This document shows positions 28,301-41,643 of a DNA stretch of 64,000 bases, piece after piece. Source of the DNA: Haplodiscus bocki. Taxonomy: Eukaryota. Both the position numbers and the translations under genes were made by a program. The DNA is taken from assembly GCA_965655095.1 (NCBI GenBank), contig OZ296651.1:43896001-43960000 (forward strand), read 5' to 3'. Below the pieces are notes generated by a model. The model was given only the letters and a program-made list of their open reading frames with translations. It was not told the origin of the DNA and did no database searches. Numbering within the stretch: position 1 is the stretch's first letter; every line of letters starts with the position of its first letter.

Positions 28301-29559
28301 GTAATGTAACTGTTTCGTGATGCAAAATCTTTCGTTCTGTCGAGAGTTGCTCGACAATTTTCATGTGGTGCTCCGGAACGAGCTTTTTGGAGGTGTCAGA
28401 TTTGCTGTGTTGTGAGTGAATTTGGACACTTGTTCCTAGTTGCTACATGCAGGTAGCTCATACCATTTTCTGATGGGTTTTGCCAGGTAGGTTGCACGGG
28501 ATTAGCGTCCATGCATAACGAGGCTACAACTGTTCGCTGGCTGTTCTGGATGTTTCTTTTGGTATTACCGTTGCACTCTTGGAACGATGCGAATGATTAC
28601 AAGACGCTGGCAAACCTTTGCTTCTGCTCCTCTGTAACATCGCTCGTCATGTAAGTTTGAGATCGACTTTTAATTGTACGTCAACTGATCAAATTGGTTG
28701 AAAATCAAGATCTCATTGCAATTGATTGTTCGTTTCAATTCTAAAGTTTTGAGTTAATTGGCACTGTGTTGGAACGCTGTAATTGTTAGGGTTAGAAATT
28801 GGGCTTTGGAAAACCTGTTTAGCCAGTTGCCGAGTAATTGTTATTCGCTTCTTCCATTGCTTCATATGCCGAATGAAATTTCGTTTCTATGCTTTCCCCT
28901 TTTTCTGTGGTGTCACTTCTGCGAATTTGTCATCGTTGCCTGTGAGATATCCAGTGTGTAGTGCATAAACGTTGAAGTTGGTCAAGTGTTCGCTTGTCTC
29001 CTCAGTGTTAGTCTCATGTTGTCTTGTTTCACTGTACTGAAAGGGGGTAGTTTTGTAAAGTTAGTACGTGGGCGTCCGATGTACATGAATTCATGATTTG
29101 CTGGTTTCATATCGAGCTGCAAAATAAGTTTGGTCTGTCTTTTTCCAGCCATCAGACTTTTCAGTTTTTATCGCTCGTTGCAGCTTCCATTTTTGCATTG
29201 CAATTGCTACGTACAATATTTCTGTAAACTGTAGTTTTTTCGCACCTATTGCCAGTAGAGATATCTGATACTCTTCTTGTTCCACATATCCGGCTCTACC
29301 TCTAAAACTTCCCTAAGAATTATGCTCAGTCCTTTCACTCACAAGTGAACTTTTCTTTGGCCCCTTAGGGTCTTGTACTTGGCAAGAAAAAAGCTGCATG
29401 GGTTCTTAGGCGGGTTTTTTCCCCTCATATCAGTCAGATAAACCACATCACCGTCCTCTTTTCTTCCTTAAAAGCATAAAAATGAACTGCATGTCGTGCC
29501 ATCCAAGGTAGAAAGACATAGATGGCACTTTGACTGGTTCCAGTTCCTTTGATATATTT

Positions 29560-32220
29560 CATTGCCCATTATCTTTTCCGTGGCCCATCAATGCACAAAC
29601 TCGAGCTCTGTTTGCTTCGCTGTTTTTGCTCCCAAGCCTGAGAACCGTTCACTAGTGTTGAAACAACGTAGTCAACATTTTCATTCAGGCGTAGGTTGAG
29701 TGTGCATGTGTTCGAGAGGTTCTGCTTTAACTGATGGAGGGTTATTGTAACTTTGTTCCTTCCATGATAAAAATTGTCCTTCCAGGACACGCTGATAACA
29801 ACAATCAACTCAAGGTCTTTCTGTGTAAATTGAAACGCCACATGTTCCTCGTTCACGCAATCTCGCAGGTTGCTTTGATGTTCCGCAGGTTGCGCTTACG
29901 GAACTTGAGAGCTTTTTTATTTTCATCACACGAGTTTTTGATGCGTTTTCCACAGTAATCTAGTTAATGCTTCGTGCTGGCTATAATTTTGGAAAACAAT
30001 GCATAGTTAGAACAATCGCACTGGTAGTTCCACTGGCAGATCCTCGATAAAAACCAAGATCACTGGAGGGCATTAATTTGAGGCCTGGTACACCCCGTCT
30101 GAGACAAGGTTCTCATCTGATTTTTTGCAAGAGATGGAGACCAACTGTTTCCGGTTTGAGTTCTGAAAACAAAAACGTTTCAGCAACTTCCCTCCAAGTC
30201 CAGAGTTTTCCAGCATTCCATTCAGTTGGCCGTGTGGTACTTCGTCAAAAGCTTTGGCAAAATCATGGTGCAGCAAACTAAGTTCACGGTCATCCAGTTT
30301 CAGAATTAGGACGTCGATGAAAGTCATCATTTGTAGAGTTGCAGATCTGGTTTTAAAATAACCACACTAAATCTGTCCAACTTTCTATCTAGGAAGCTTT
30401 TTAGTGGCTCGGCGATCACTTTTTCAGGCACTTGCGGTATATTAATCAGTAAACTGATTTTTAAGTATTTCTCAATAACAATTCGGAAGCTAGCTTTACA
30501 TACTGGCTGACGTTTATTTTTCTCTAAACGTCACGCTGAAGTTTTTAGTCGACCACCGTTTGAACCCTGGTCTGACTCATGGTTTCAGGAAATGAGAACT
30601 CGCTCCTTATGTTTGCTAGATACTTTTGGATGAGGCTGAAACGTTGGCTCTGGAACACCTCTGATTCGATTACACGAAGAGTTTTGTTGATCAGAATTTG
30701 GAGCTTGCTCAATCTTCTTTATCTTCATTCATGAGACACACTCAAATTCTTGTTGCTTTTTTCAGTGTGTTAATCTTCTTCGTTAGGTGCGACGAAAATT
30801 TTGGAGGCTTTGGTTGCAGGGTTGCGCGGTTTTTGGTTATTTCAGCGATATGTGCTTTGATCTTCCATGACAAAACAATACTACCCCTGATCGAGCAAAA
30901 ATATGACAATGCTTTATCACAAAAGACTGAATTTGTAGCAAACCAAGTCGGCATTCATTGTTTCTGAGTGTGCGTTCCTCGAAAAACTTGTGACAATTAC
31001 CATCAACATTTTTCTAAGAATGAACCAAGGGGATTTGGGAATCTATGCTAGTCGATCGTAACATTTTTTTTAAATCAGACTGTACTTGAGACTCATCCCT
31101 GTGTCTTGAGATGTTGTAATTTTAGATTACACTAAAACCTCTACTTCTGTTTTTTTCCCTCGGAGGAAGTTCATGTAGCCGCTTTCCACCCGGACTTCTG
31201 AAACTAATCTTTAAAACGTTCACTTGATAGACATATTTCCAAAGCTGGTCGGATCGAAACTGAGATCGCCGGTGACAACAATGAAAATGACTTCGGGAAA
31301 TACTTTCTCTTCTTCCAATTATCCAGCCAGTTTTTCGAAATCGGCTGAGAACCAGCTGTTTTCATTGGCCTTTGCAGTTCCTATAAACCAAAAAAATGGA
31401 GCGAACATCGTTGTTTCTAAGTTTCAGGCCGCAAAATCCACTACATGAAGATCAGTTTTAAGTCACTCAAGCTGGATTTCGTTTTGGATTGCTATAATTT
31501 TTCCTCCCTCTCTTGAACTTCTATTCACTACAATTTGCTGATAATGTTTGTGAACGTCAACTCTTCTCAGGAAAAAGGCGTTATCAAGTGTCGAGCAAGT
31601 TTGTCTTAGACAAGTGACGTCCTGACCGCTCATTCGAAAACATTTTGAGACTTCTTTTCATCTCCCGAGGTCAATGATGTTTCTCACAATTAAGATTAGT
31701 ATCTTCGTTGCGTTACGTGATTAGTTCAAATTCGGAACCAGTCAATCATACCTAGTGGGATTTTCAGCGATCTCGTGGACGCTTTTTTTGGCGCCCGGTT
31801 TTGGAGCAATGTTTGCATATTTCTTCTTTGGCTTCTACCCATTCCCCACGTTTTTTCTATTTGAGCCTGATTTTTTTAATCTTCAGGTTTCGCTGTGAGA
31901 GTCGTGCCCTTGAGAAATGACGATGCAATTTGAGTGCTACGCATTTTTTCTATGAGTCGCTTTTTGTCTGCAGCAGGCTCAGGAAAACTGCGTTCTCAAC
32001 TTCATTGCATTCTTTCTTTTTGGGTTCCAATTTCAGTAGTAACTTTCAATCGACCAGACTCCCCGTCTCAATCACAATACTGCCTGATGGTTTGGATTTC
32101 TCGTATTTGCGCCTTTTTTCGCTTAGTTGAGCCGGTTTCAAGATTTCTAAGATGTCAGTCAACCTGTCAATATCTAAGTGGAGATTTTTTCGGGAGATCC
32201 ATCAGTAGAATCGGTTGTCC
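29560..32220 (-). mobile_element. Decayed CR1/L2-clade LINE (partial ORF1, APE and RT)
   Basis: RT motif DFAKAFDEVPH..L...G.GGKLL...NRKQ.V...GVYQ (30073-30330). APE N-terminus KILILIVRNII...DVTCL (~31610-31705). ORF1 RRM-like RKYEKSKP...VFLS...NLKIKKIRL (31860-32200). Confidence 0.8.
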
Positions 32221-32224
32221 ATTT

Positions 32225-34700
32225 TTTATTGTTGTTGTAGTTGTTGTTGTTAAAGTTGTTGTTGATTTGCATTGAATCTTTGGAGTGCCCTCCCCTGCAT
32301 TTGTTCAAAACATAGCCCACTTATATTTGCAGTCTTGACAGTCACAGCACAGCTGCCTAGAGGCAGTTTGTCGAGTAAATACTCGTTGATAAACTTCCAC
32401 TTGGAGCTTAACTTTCGATTTCTCAACCATTTAGATGTCTAGAAGTCAACATATCAACTTGTTCTGTTGACAGTCCTGCATTTGCGATGGATGAAATTAC
32501 CCTCAGTTTTTTCTGTTCTGTATGTTGGTAGCTTGAAAGAAGCCCTTTTCCGGTTTCCTATTACTTCAAAATCTGTTGGCTCTATTGTTCTTTGCCTTAA
32601 AATTTTTTATATAAAGAACGAATGCCCTTTTATTGGAGAAAGAAAGAAAGCCGAAGGAGTTTTAGTAGCCACAGTTGTTCGTTGTACTTTAAGTTTTCCC
32701 GAGAAGTGTCACAAACCCACTTCAAAGATTTCTTTTGGAAAACGTCAAGATCTCGGATGCGCTTTTTTGTCAGATGTGCGTAAATTAGGTCTTAACTGAC
32801 TAGTGGCAGGATTTTGGACTTATGCAAAGCCCGTTTAAAGACTGTTTCCGAAAGACAGACGCGCAATGTTGTTCCGTAAACATTATAAAGTATTGTTAGG
32901 GCTGCTGAGGCGTTCTTTGGAATGACTGGACCATGATGGTTTATGGATAGCTATTTACCGGAACACCTAAATTTTGTTTTGCTGTGAAAGTTCAGAGCGA
33001 AAGTTCGTTCTGATTTACTTTTCGAAAATAATTGTGCGCATGTGTCAGAAGCTAAGTCCAATTTATTATTACTGATCCAGTCCTTGATTTTTGATATGGC
33101 ACCTTGTTTTAATGAAATTTAATTACCCTTTCAAAGAAAATTCAGGTAATCGGCATAAGAACCTGTTGCACTGACGTTAATGATTTTGGGTAAATCGTTT
33201 CCAATGATACAGAAGAGACGTGGCTGCAGCAGTGATCCTTGCATTAACCGACTTGAAAATGGCAACTCTTTTGAGCACTGTTTTTCCAACCAAACAAACT
33301 ACTTGCATCCTTCCAAGTAGTCGAAGAGAATGTCGATTAACACACCGCCGATTTTTTCAAGTCTTTGGAGATCTGTTTCACGGCTGAAAACTTTACAGAA
33401 CTGTAAAAAAACTGCTACTCCAGAATCGTTTGAGTTGTTGGTCAGTGCTCTGTAGATATCCTTCAATAAATGTAGCATGACATGAAAAATTATCGTTTCC
33501 TAACCAAACCGTGTCGATTTTTTTTGTCATTTCTGCTGCAAAATATTGATACAGTGTATCATCAAGGCAACTTTCGAAACACTTTGCTATCAAACTTCAT
33601 TGGTTGTTTTCCCTGAGAAATTGTCACTTTTCTTTTTCCCCTTCCACTGATTACGCTTGACAAAAACTTCTTTTCATAGTTTCAGAGTTTTCCTCGTGTT
33701 CTTCCTCCTTGCAAGGTTCAATAAAGTTTTCCAGAGGTTTGTTTCGCGTTTTGAAAAAGAAACAAGGGCGCTTCAATTGCGCCTATGCTCCGGCTGACGT
33801 CAAAGTCCGTGAAGTTTTCTCCACTTCTCAATCTCGATAAGTGTTTTTCCTCAGGTGAGCGTGTTTGTTTATTAGGAAATCTTCAAGTTCATATGTTTCC
33901 TTTCAGGACAAAACTGGTTTGAAAAGTCTGTTGAACAAGTCAGCTTTACCTGAAGATGTGGACTCTGCTACGCTATCAGGAGTCATAGTGTGTGGGAAGT
34001 GGGAGCTTTTGTTGATCTTTTTCAGGTGTTTGTAAATTCCTTCGGTTGCTAAGTTTTTAATCATGTGTGAAGTAGTTGAAGGTTTGATCCACGGCGGAAA
34101 TGCTTGTCGATGAGTTGTTCTGAGAAGCACATTTCTTTCGTTCAAAGTTTTGTTTGAGAAAAACACTGCTTCTGGGAAAAATCGGTTTTCAAATTCTGAC
34201 TTGTCCATACTGGCCATTACTGTTCCAAGTGTTTCGACAAGTAGAAGGAAGATTGAGCTCTCCGCCTGAAATGGCTATTTTGTTCTGTGATATCGTTTCT
34301 AGAATGTTTGCAACTCGTTCAACATCAAGTCTTGTTGGGTTGTTTATTAGTGGCTGGTGGAGAAAACAATTATAGATGATAGATCGTTCAGTGATGGCTT
34401 TACACGAGATTGAGATGCTGTATTCAATTAGTTGCCTTTTTCCTGTTGCATTTTTGTCACCTTTCCTCAGCTGATCTCATAGATTCCGCGTGGGAGGCAA
34501 GTTTTTCTCCCATAAGTACCAGTCTTCCTGCATACTCTTCATGGCAGTTACATTGGCGGCGTGCTCGAGAAGCTTGTTCAGTTGCTGCACTTGCAGTGCA
34601 AGCTCATTCACAGTAGAATAAGCCTTCTGGGCGCAATTTCACCCTTTATAATTGTTTTTCTTTGCAAACTGCTCAGCTGAGCATCAACGAGAGGGGCGTA
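32225..34700 (-). mobile_element. Decayed CR1/L2-clade LINE ORF2 remnant with (CAA)n 3' tail
   Basis: RTTHRQAFPPWI and KADLFN (33903-34217), IAKCFESCL..TLY (~33570), QGSLL.P.LF...NDLP (33185-33245), C-terminal CCDCQDCK (~32330-32350), and a (CAA)n-like tail at 32229-32265 on the minus strand. Confidence 0.75.
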
Positions 34701-36747
34701 TGAAATTTTTGGCACTGGCGCAGTTGGGAAAAGCGAAAATTCAACGAAACTGGGAGCTGGGATGCGGAACCTGTGACTCCGGAGCACCTTAGTACTACCC
34801 ACTAGCTCATATAATTTTGTAAAAAACCTTATCATAAACTTTCTAGTTTTTGGACACTATAGAATCTGTGGTGAATATATGTTAAAGTTGGATCAGTTTG
34901 ATGACTTCTTTTAACATACGGAAGAAAGTCACAAGAATATTAGGCCTCTTGACTAAAAATGAACCGCTGACTACGAAGGTGCCCTATGACGTCTATACAT
35001 ACACTTGAAAGAAGTTTTGAAGTTGGAAAATAAATATTTTTGTTCCATGAACCGCCGCGAGAAATGTTCATAGATGCACAAAAAATATCGATGCGATATC
35101 GAAAAGTAACGGTTCAAAGTTACGGGAGCGAAGCGCTAATGACATTCTAATTTGCTCTTGATAACTGCAGTGGAAGACCGGTAGTGGCCAAACGGCTTTA
35201 GGACAACTAGCAACAGTCGACAGGTTGCCACAAAATTCAAAAGGCAAGAATTCAGCACAAACTTGTTGTACTGTTCCTCGTAATTCCTCGTCACAAGAAG
35301 TTTGAGAGGAAACATCTGTGACATTAACACTGAATATGGTGAAATGAAGTTAAAACCCGTTACTAAATCAACAAAACTGAAATCCTTCAACTAGATCTAG
35401 CTATTAAGTGGCGAAAATAATTGTGGCACGTTGTCGCCTCTCTTGTGTTTTGTCACCTTTCGCTGTCAAACCACTGATCCTCATTGCAGTGTTCATTTAG
35501 TTTGATTTTTTCTCAATTGTTTGTTGCTTTGGAAAACGACTACTTCCGACTTATCTTGTTCCTGACTGTTTCATTTTATACGGATTTTCACCTGCTTTAG
35601 TCGCGGAATTTGACCCCCTGAATTTGGTATTCTTACTTTGGTTTTAGTTGATTATTTCACCAATGTGCTTAGAAAGAGCTGAACCATCCACAATTTTTTC
35701 TTCCTTTTAAGGCGGACTGGATTTCGTCATATTTGAAATTGTTGCTCAAACTCGCTTCTCTACATTCCTTTGTGCTTCTTTTACCATGACGGTTCTTAAC
35801 GTCATAGTGAATTGAAAGAAAGCAAGTTTGTAAGAAGTTACGCTAAAAAGTGAAATTGGTAGGAGGCTTGGTAACATATTTTCTGGATTTTCGTCACACC
35901 ATCCTTTTATATATAGTGTTAGAATATTGTTTCTTTAATGGTCCCTGACTGGTATTTTAACTTCAGATATTTTATGGTGTTGTACTGAGAAGGACAACGA
36001 GTATTGTTTATTGGGTCGTCGTCTGATCAGGGGATCTTGCTGAGTCTAGTCCTTGTACGAATGGACGACTTTCATGTGTCACTGAGGAATTCCATCGATT
36101 CCGATCGGATTGACATCCTCAAAAGTGAGTCCCCTCTATTTTGCTCTTGTTCTATACTGACAACAGTGTTTCATATGTGAAGACGTGGAAAGTATTCGGA
36201 ATATACACAAAGGCGATTCAAATTCCAATGGTATATGGCATTATCAGAATGTTTTGTCAGAAGGCCTTAAGAATAAGAAGAAGAATTTTTTTCTCTAAGT
36301 CAATATTGATAGCAATGTTATTTCAATTGATATAGCAAATGTTGGTTTTCTTTTCAGTCTGCCCTAAGTAGGCATTAAGTTTTGCTTAAGGTCTATAGAA
36401 TTTTTCCTTAGCATCTTCGCGCCTTTTCGAGCATCTTGCAAATCGACATGATTGGCCGACTGAGCGATGAATTGAAGCGGAATTATTTCTACTTATTTAA
36501 TTTGTATTTACCAAGCTAGAGCTAACGTCACTATTTACCCTCTCCGTTTTACAAGTACTTGCAGTGATTGATTCAAAAATTTCTACAATTTGTCATTAAT
36601 TGCATTTACCACTTTTGACACATTCTATTTGACTGACAGGAAGAATCTATTGAAACCGGCTTTTTCCAAGTTTTTTAATACTGCTTAAAACTTGCATTTT
36701 TTGACGTCATTGAAGAGTCTAGTCATCTAGTGTAAACGGTCTTTTTT

Positions 36748-37165
36748 GGCAGGTACTTCTTGATTTTTGCGCTGTTTATTGTACAAATCTCTCAAAATTT
36801 GGGCAGCAAAGTGGCGTAACATGAAAAAGTTTGACTTCAATTTTATGAACATGGGACAAGTAGCTGGTACTTGTTCGTTTTTGCGTTTTTACTGTGCAAA
36901 CTTCAACATCGGGCAGCAAAATAGGGTAACCTAAAAAAATTTATTTCAATTTCATAAACATGGGACAATGTAGCAGGTACTTGTTCGTTTTTGCGTTGTT
37001 TACTGTGCAAACTTCAACATTGGGCAACAAAATGGTGTAACCTAAAAAAATTGACTTCAATTTTATGAACATGAGACAAAGTGGCAGATACTTGTTCGTT
37101 TTTGCGTTGTTTACTGTGCAAACATCTTCAACATTGGGCAACAAAAGGGCACAACCTGAAAAATT
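36748..37165. repeat. Tandem repeat, ~111-bp unit, ~4 copies
   Basis: G(G/A)TACTTGTTCGTTTTTGCG...TACTGTGCAAAC core at 36752, 36866, 36976 and 37087. Confidence 0.9.
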
Positions 37166-37964
37166 TTGGTTGACATATCAACATTTTTTAGGCATGAGAG
37201 ACTCAGGCCCTTGTCAGAGGTACTTGTGTCAGTTTGACTTTTTTGAACTCTTTATTGACAGTTAGTGTAGTATTTCCCAAAGTGTCGATCAAATCTCCTA
37301 TCATTGTTTCAAATGTCTCTCGGGATCTGTGATCGCAACAGACTTGTCAATGTGTTCCGAACTTCTGCTTTGCCTCTGTGCAAAATTATCAATCAATTTT
37401 TTACTTTTCAATTTCTTAGCACTTAATGGCTAGCATCGATGTTACCTTTGTTTTATATAATAGTTTCTGATTTTAAGTGAATCAGATTATTTTTGGCAAA
37501 TATATTTCTAAAGTCACTTATTAAACTTATTAAATGGATCTTTTTCAGGGATCTGATGCGGGAGTGGCAGTTGACACTGCAGTTCGTTTATTCATCACAC
37601 AATATTTACCAGTTGTAGTTTGGACGTATGCGTCTGCCACTTGTTATTATCTATTCTTTATTTACCTATTTTTACTTATTCACTAAATTGCCTAGTGTTT
37701 GTTTCCTAGTGACTTCTTAGAGTTCTTTGTTGATCTCGTTGTTGCTCAATTATCGGTGTTGCCGTAGTAGTATCGGTGTTGCCGTACTATTATCGGCGGC
37801 TTTTTTAATCAGCTAGATCATTTTGGTGGTAAATTGGATTACTTATTTGTGTTAATAGTGTCAAAGTAAAGTTGTTCTTCTCTTTCTCCCCAGTGCCTTC
37901 TTAGGTACTACTGGAGATTGCAGTCTGATAACTTTATAAATTGAATCCTCTCGAATTGTTGAAC

Positions 37965-38792
37965 ATGGGCCCAACAGATTTACCCTGACAACGACTAGAC
38001 TCCCAGTCCAAAGACTACTTCCCCACGGTCGTGGAAATCCTGGCAAATGACGAAGCTGTGAATAAACATTTAAACAAGATGAATTTAAACAAGATGAATG
38101 AAGAATCCGTGTCTTTTCCGTCAAATGCCATCACAATTTCACGAATCTAAAAAAATGAAAAATATTTCGCTAAATTTAAAGAATAAGATGAGTGCCTTGA
38201 CGAAACAAGTTCAGGGACTTAATGAAAACTCCGTCAAAACAATTCAGGATACTGTACATTCTGTTATGACAAGTGCACCATCACAGCAAACTGCTGCCAC
38301 AATTGCCCCCTCCCCATCCAAAATAAACCTTTCAATAACCAACATCTGTACCAAGTACGCATAGATGGTATACCTGAATCAAAATCGAACAAACGTGCAG
38401 AAATTGACCAACACGAGGAAAAAGACTTAAACGAGGCTCTGAACTTCCTTGAAGAAACCCCACCTATCGAATCGCTACGAAGACTTGGAAAAACACGACC
38501 TGATGATAACGCTCGACCCCGTAGACTGCTTCTCAATCTGAAGTCCAATTGGGACGCTCGCAAAATATTATCTAAATCAAATCAATGGAAAGACTACGCT
38601 GGCAGAACTATCTATTTATCTCGGGGACTGACGGATGACGAAATAAACAAAAACAACAAAATCCTCCGTAAACGACGTGAGCTTATAGGAAAAGGTGTAG
38701 AGCGAAGCAAGATAAAGATCGGATCCCTTCAACTCTTCGTAGATTCAAAAGAAGTGCATCTGGAAGAGGACACAAACCAAGTTTCCGAATGA
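37965..38792 (+). pseudogene. LINE ORF1 (coiled-coil plus L1-type RRM/CTD RNA-binding protein), disrupted
   Basis: 38340-38792 translates QVRIDGIPES...RRLGK...RPRRLLL...IYLSRGLT...KRRELI...IKIGSLQLFVD, typical of LINE ORF1. Stops and frameshifts occur upstream. Confidence 0.8.
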
Positions 38793-41643
38793 CTAACTTC
38801 AATAAACATTCTGGTACTAAATGCCAGAAGCTTACTACGACTTGAACGACGTCAAGCTTTTGCCAATGCCATGCTTATTTCCAATCCAAAAATTTTCTGT
38901 GTGACTGAAACTTGGCTCACAAGCAATTTCTCTTCATCCGAAATTTTCCTTCCTCGATATACAATAATACCAGCAGAACGTACTCTTTAATAATTTCTCG
39001 TCAAGACACGGAGGCGTCATCGTCGGAATATCATCTGAATTCAATTTTACAGTGCATGACTTGTCTTCCCTCGACAATTAGCGAATCTTTCCTTTGGGTT
39101 TCCATAACTATTCAAGATAGTGAACTTAACATCTGTTGTCTTCACAACCCCCACCCAATAGCAATTATCGTATCCCTCAGAACAATCTTTATGACATTTT
39201 TCAGCTTCTTCACAATACGAAACCCCATCAACCTTGCTATATTGTTGGAAATCTCAACCTCCCGAACATGGACTGGGAATCTTTTAGTAGCCCAGACGAA
39301 TACGAAGAAAAAATTGCTCAGACTTTTCAATTTTAATTGGACACAACTAATTGACTTTCCTACTGTGGGAAAGAATACGTTAGGCGTCGTCATCACGAAC
39401 TCACCCGAATCAGTAATCTCTCTGGAAATTTAAGAAGTTTTCAGGAACCACTTTGTATCAGTTGACAACCGTTACTTGAGTAACCACATTCCAATCATGA
39501 TTGACGTAAGTTGCAAAAATGAGTATGCATGAAAAACCAGCATAGTAAAAGCGTTCAGTTTCTGTCGTGGTGATTATTGTCTTCTACGAAACCTCATGAC
39601 TGAAACCCCTTTCATCCCTAACTGCTATCGTAGCATAGACGAAATGGTCGACGAATGATATTCCTGGTTACTTGATCTACTTGAGAAAAACGTCCCAATC
39701 AGAACAAAGCACCGACAGTCCTTAGCACTTTGGATTAGTCCTTCACTACCCAATCTTAAGAGAAGAAACTGAGTCGTGGCGTCTGTCCCTCATCGGATTT
39801 AATGCTCAAAGTACCAAAGCTTTCGCAAGAGTTAGAAGAAGCAGTAACCAACGACAAAAGATTTTACGAAATATCGCTCTCTGATAGTCGAACTCTTGCT
39901 ACAAAATTCAATTACATCAACTTTGTTAAATCTGTCAGTTCAGCCTTCCTACACTTTTAAACAATGGTAAAAGTACTGTCATCGATGGAAAGAAGGCTGA
40001 CCTCTTTAATGAATACTTTGTATCTGTCTTTGTAAGTCCAAATGGTGCCGACTCAAACCATACAATCACAATCCCCTTCACAGATATGTACTATCAGCGA
40101 CTACTGCATCGAGAAGATTACGATTGCCAAGTTCTGCAAAGATCTCAACACCAGAAAAAGTCGAGGACCCGATAATGTGCCTCCAAGTGTTTATATGGAG
40201 ACAGCGGAGGCAATAGCTTCTTGTTTACACTATCTTCAAAAACATCAAGCGTTTTGGCAAGTACCCGACGAAATGGAAAAATGGAATTTTTACTCCCATA
40301 TTCAAAAAAAAGGCAGCAAATCAAAGGTAGAAAACTACCGACATGTAACATTGCTGGATATTGCTGGCAAAATCCATGAGAGATGTATATACTTTCCACT
40401 ATATAATCTTTTCATAAAGTTTATGTCATCACAGCAATTTGGCTTTCAGTCCCGTAAATCAACCATTATTCAACTTCTCAACTGCCTCCATCATATTCAC
40501 TTTGATATCGACAACAGCAAAAAAGGCCTATTATTCTTCGACTTTGCCAAGACATTTGATAAAGCAAACCACAAAATCTTGTGACCAAACTATCATCACT
40601 TGGACTGCAAAAGTCTATATTGACAGTTATCAAGACTATTTACAAAATCGACGCCAGGCCATCAAAATCAATGATCATTATTCCTCGTGGGCGCATGTTC
40701 TCAGTGGTGTTCCTCAAGGGTCAGTTCTTGGACCCCTACTTTTTCTTATTTTCATCAACGATTTACCTGATTCAATCTTACCTGTATACCTCTTCGCGGA
40801 TGACCTAAAACTCTATATTTCAACAAGTGAATCAGACAGACTAGATCTTAGTCAGGACATCGATGCAATTGTGGAATGGATTTTGACAAACCACATGCAG
40901 TTAAACATATTCGAATGTCAGTTCCTCCCGCTTTATTTTCGCGTCATGAACCATTTGTACTGGATACCATAGCTGTAACTCCGCGCCTAGTAAACGATCT
41001 ATTCCTAAAAATCGAATCGAACCTTGACTGGGCATTTCACATAAGACATTTCTTAACGAAAGTAAACAGAGCATATCAACTTGTTCTACGAAATTTCTCA
41101 CCATCTCTGTCACCCAAAAGCAAACTAAATGTTTTCAAAACCTCTATACTACCTATAGTTTGCTATGCTAACCAATGCTGGTGTCCATCAAAAAGCAGTG
41201 TTGCCGATGTCGGAAAGTTCCCTCAAATGATAATGACATGGATTCTGCCAGCCCACGATTACCAGTCCGCATTAATTATATTGAACGTCTTACCTCTGCC
41301 TTACTATATGGTGCTAATGGACTGTGTAACATTATCCCGAATGAACAACAACGAATATGAACTAAACTGGCGAAGCCACTGCAAATTAAATCAATCAACA
41401 TTCACTACAAATACTAGAGGTACCTTTTTCCATCTGCACTCTATCACAAAAGAGTCCCAGCGAGGCGACTTCTTTAACAGAATGGACAAACATGAGAATT
41501 TCACGGACACTCGAGGACTGAAAGGCAGACTCTCAAAATGTTTAAAGAAATTTTACAACGACCATTATAATCTCAACAACACTTGCACGTGGTACCCCAA
41601 CTGTGGTTGTGTGTCATGCAAGCTGAATCCTAAACAATTTTAG
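38793..41643 (+). pseudogene. LINE ORF2 (AP endonuclease plus reverse transcriptase), frameshifted
   Basis: APE: ILVLNARSL, CVTETWL, VGNLNLP, SNHIPI. RT: KSRGPDNVP, ENYRHVTLL, QFGF, DFAKTFDKANH, SGVPQGSVLGPLLFLIFINDLP, LFADDLK. C-terminus CTWYPNCGCVSC. Confidence 0.92.

Noticed and set aside
1-35000. Numerous 60-110-aa ORFs in the ORF track as host genes
   Set aside because: They mostly use non-ATG starts, have no domains, and are either chance ORFs or fragments and antisense frames of decayed retroelements.
35171-35308. Possible terminal exon (WKTGSGQTALGQLATVDRLP...*)
   Set aside because: The acceptor is plausible, but there is no recognisable homology and no linked upstream exon.
37549-37640. 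Exon-like stretch encoding VRLFITQYLPVVVWTY, faintly hyccin/FAM126-like
   Set aside because: It is too short, has no supporting neighbouring exons, and coincides with the probable LINE 5' UTR.
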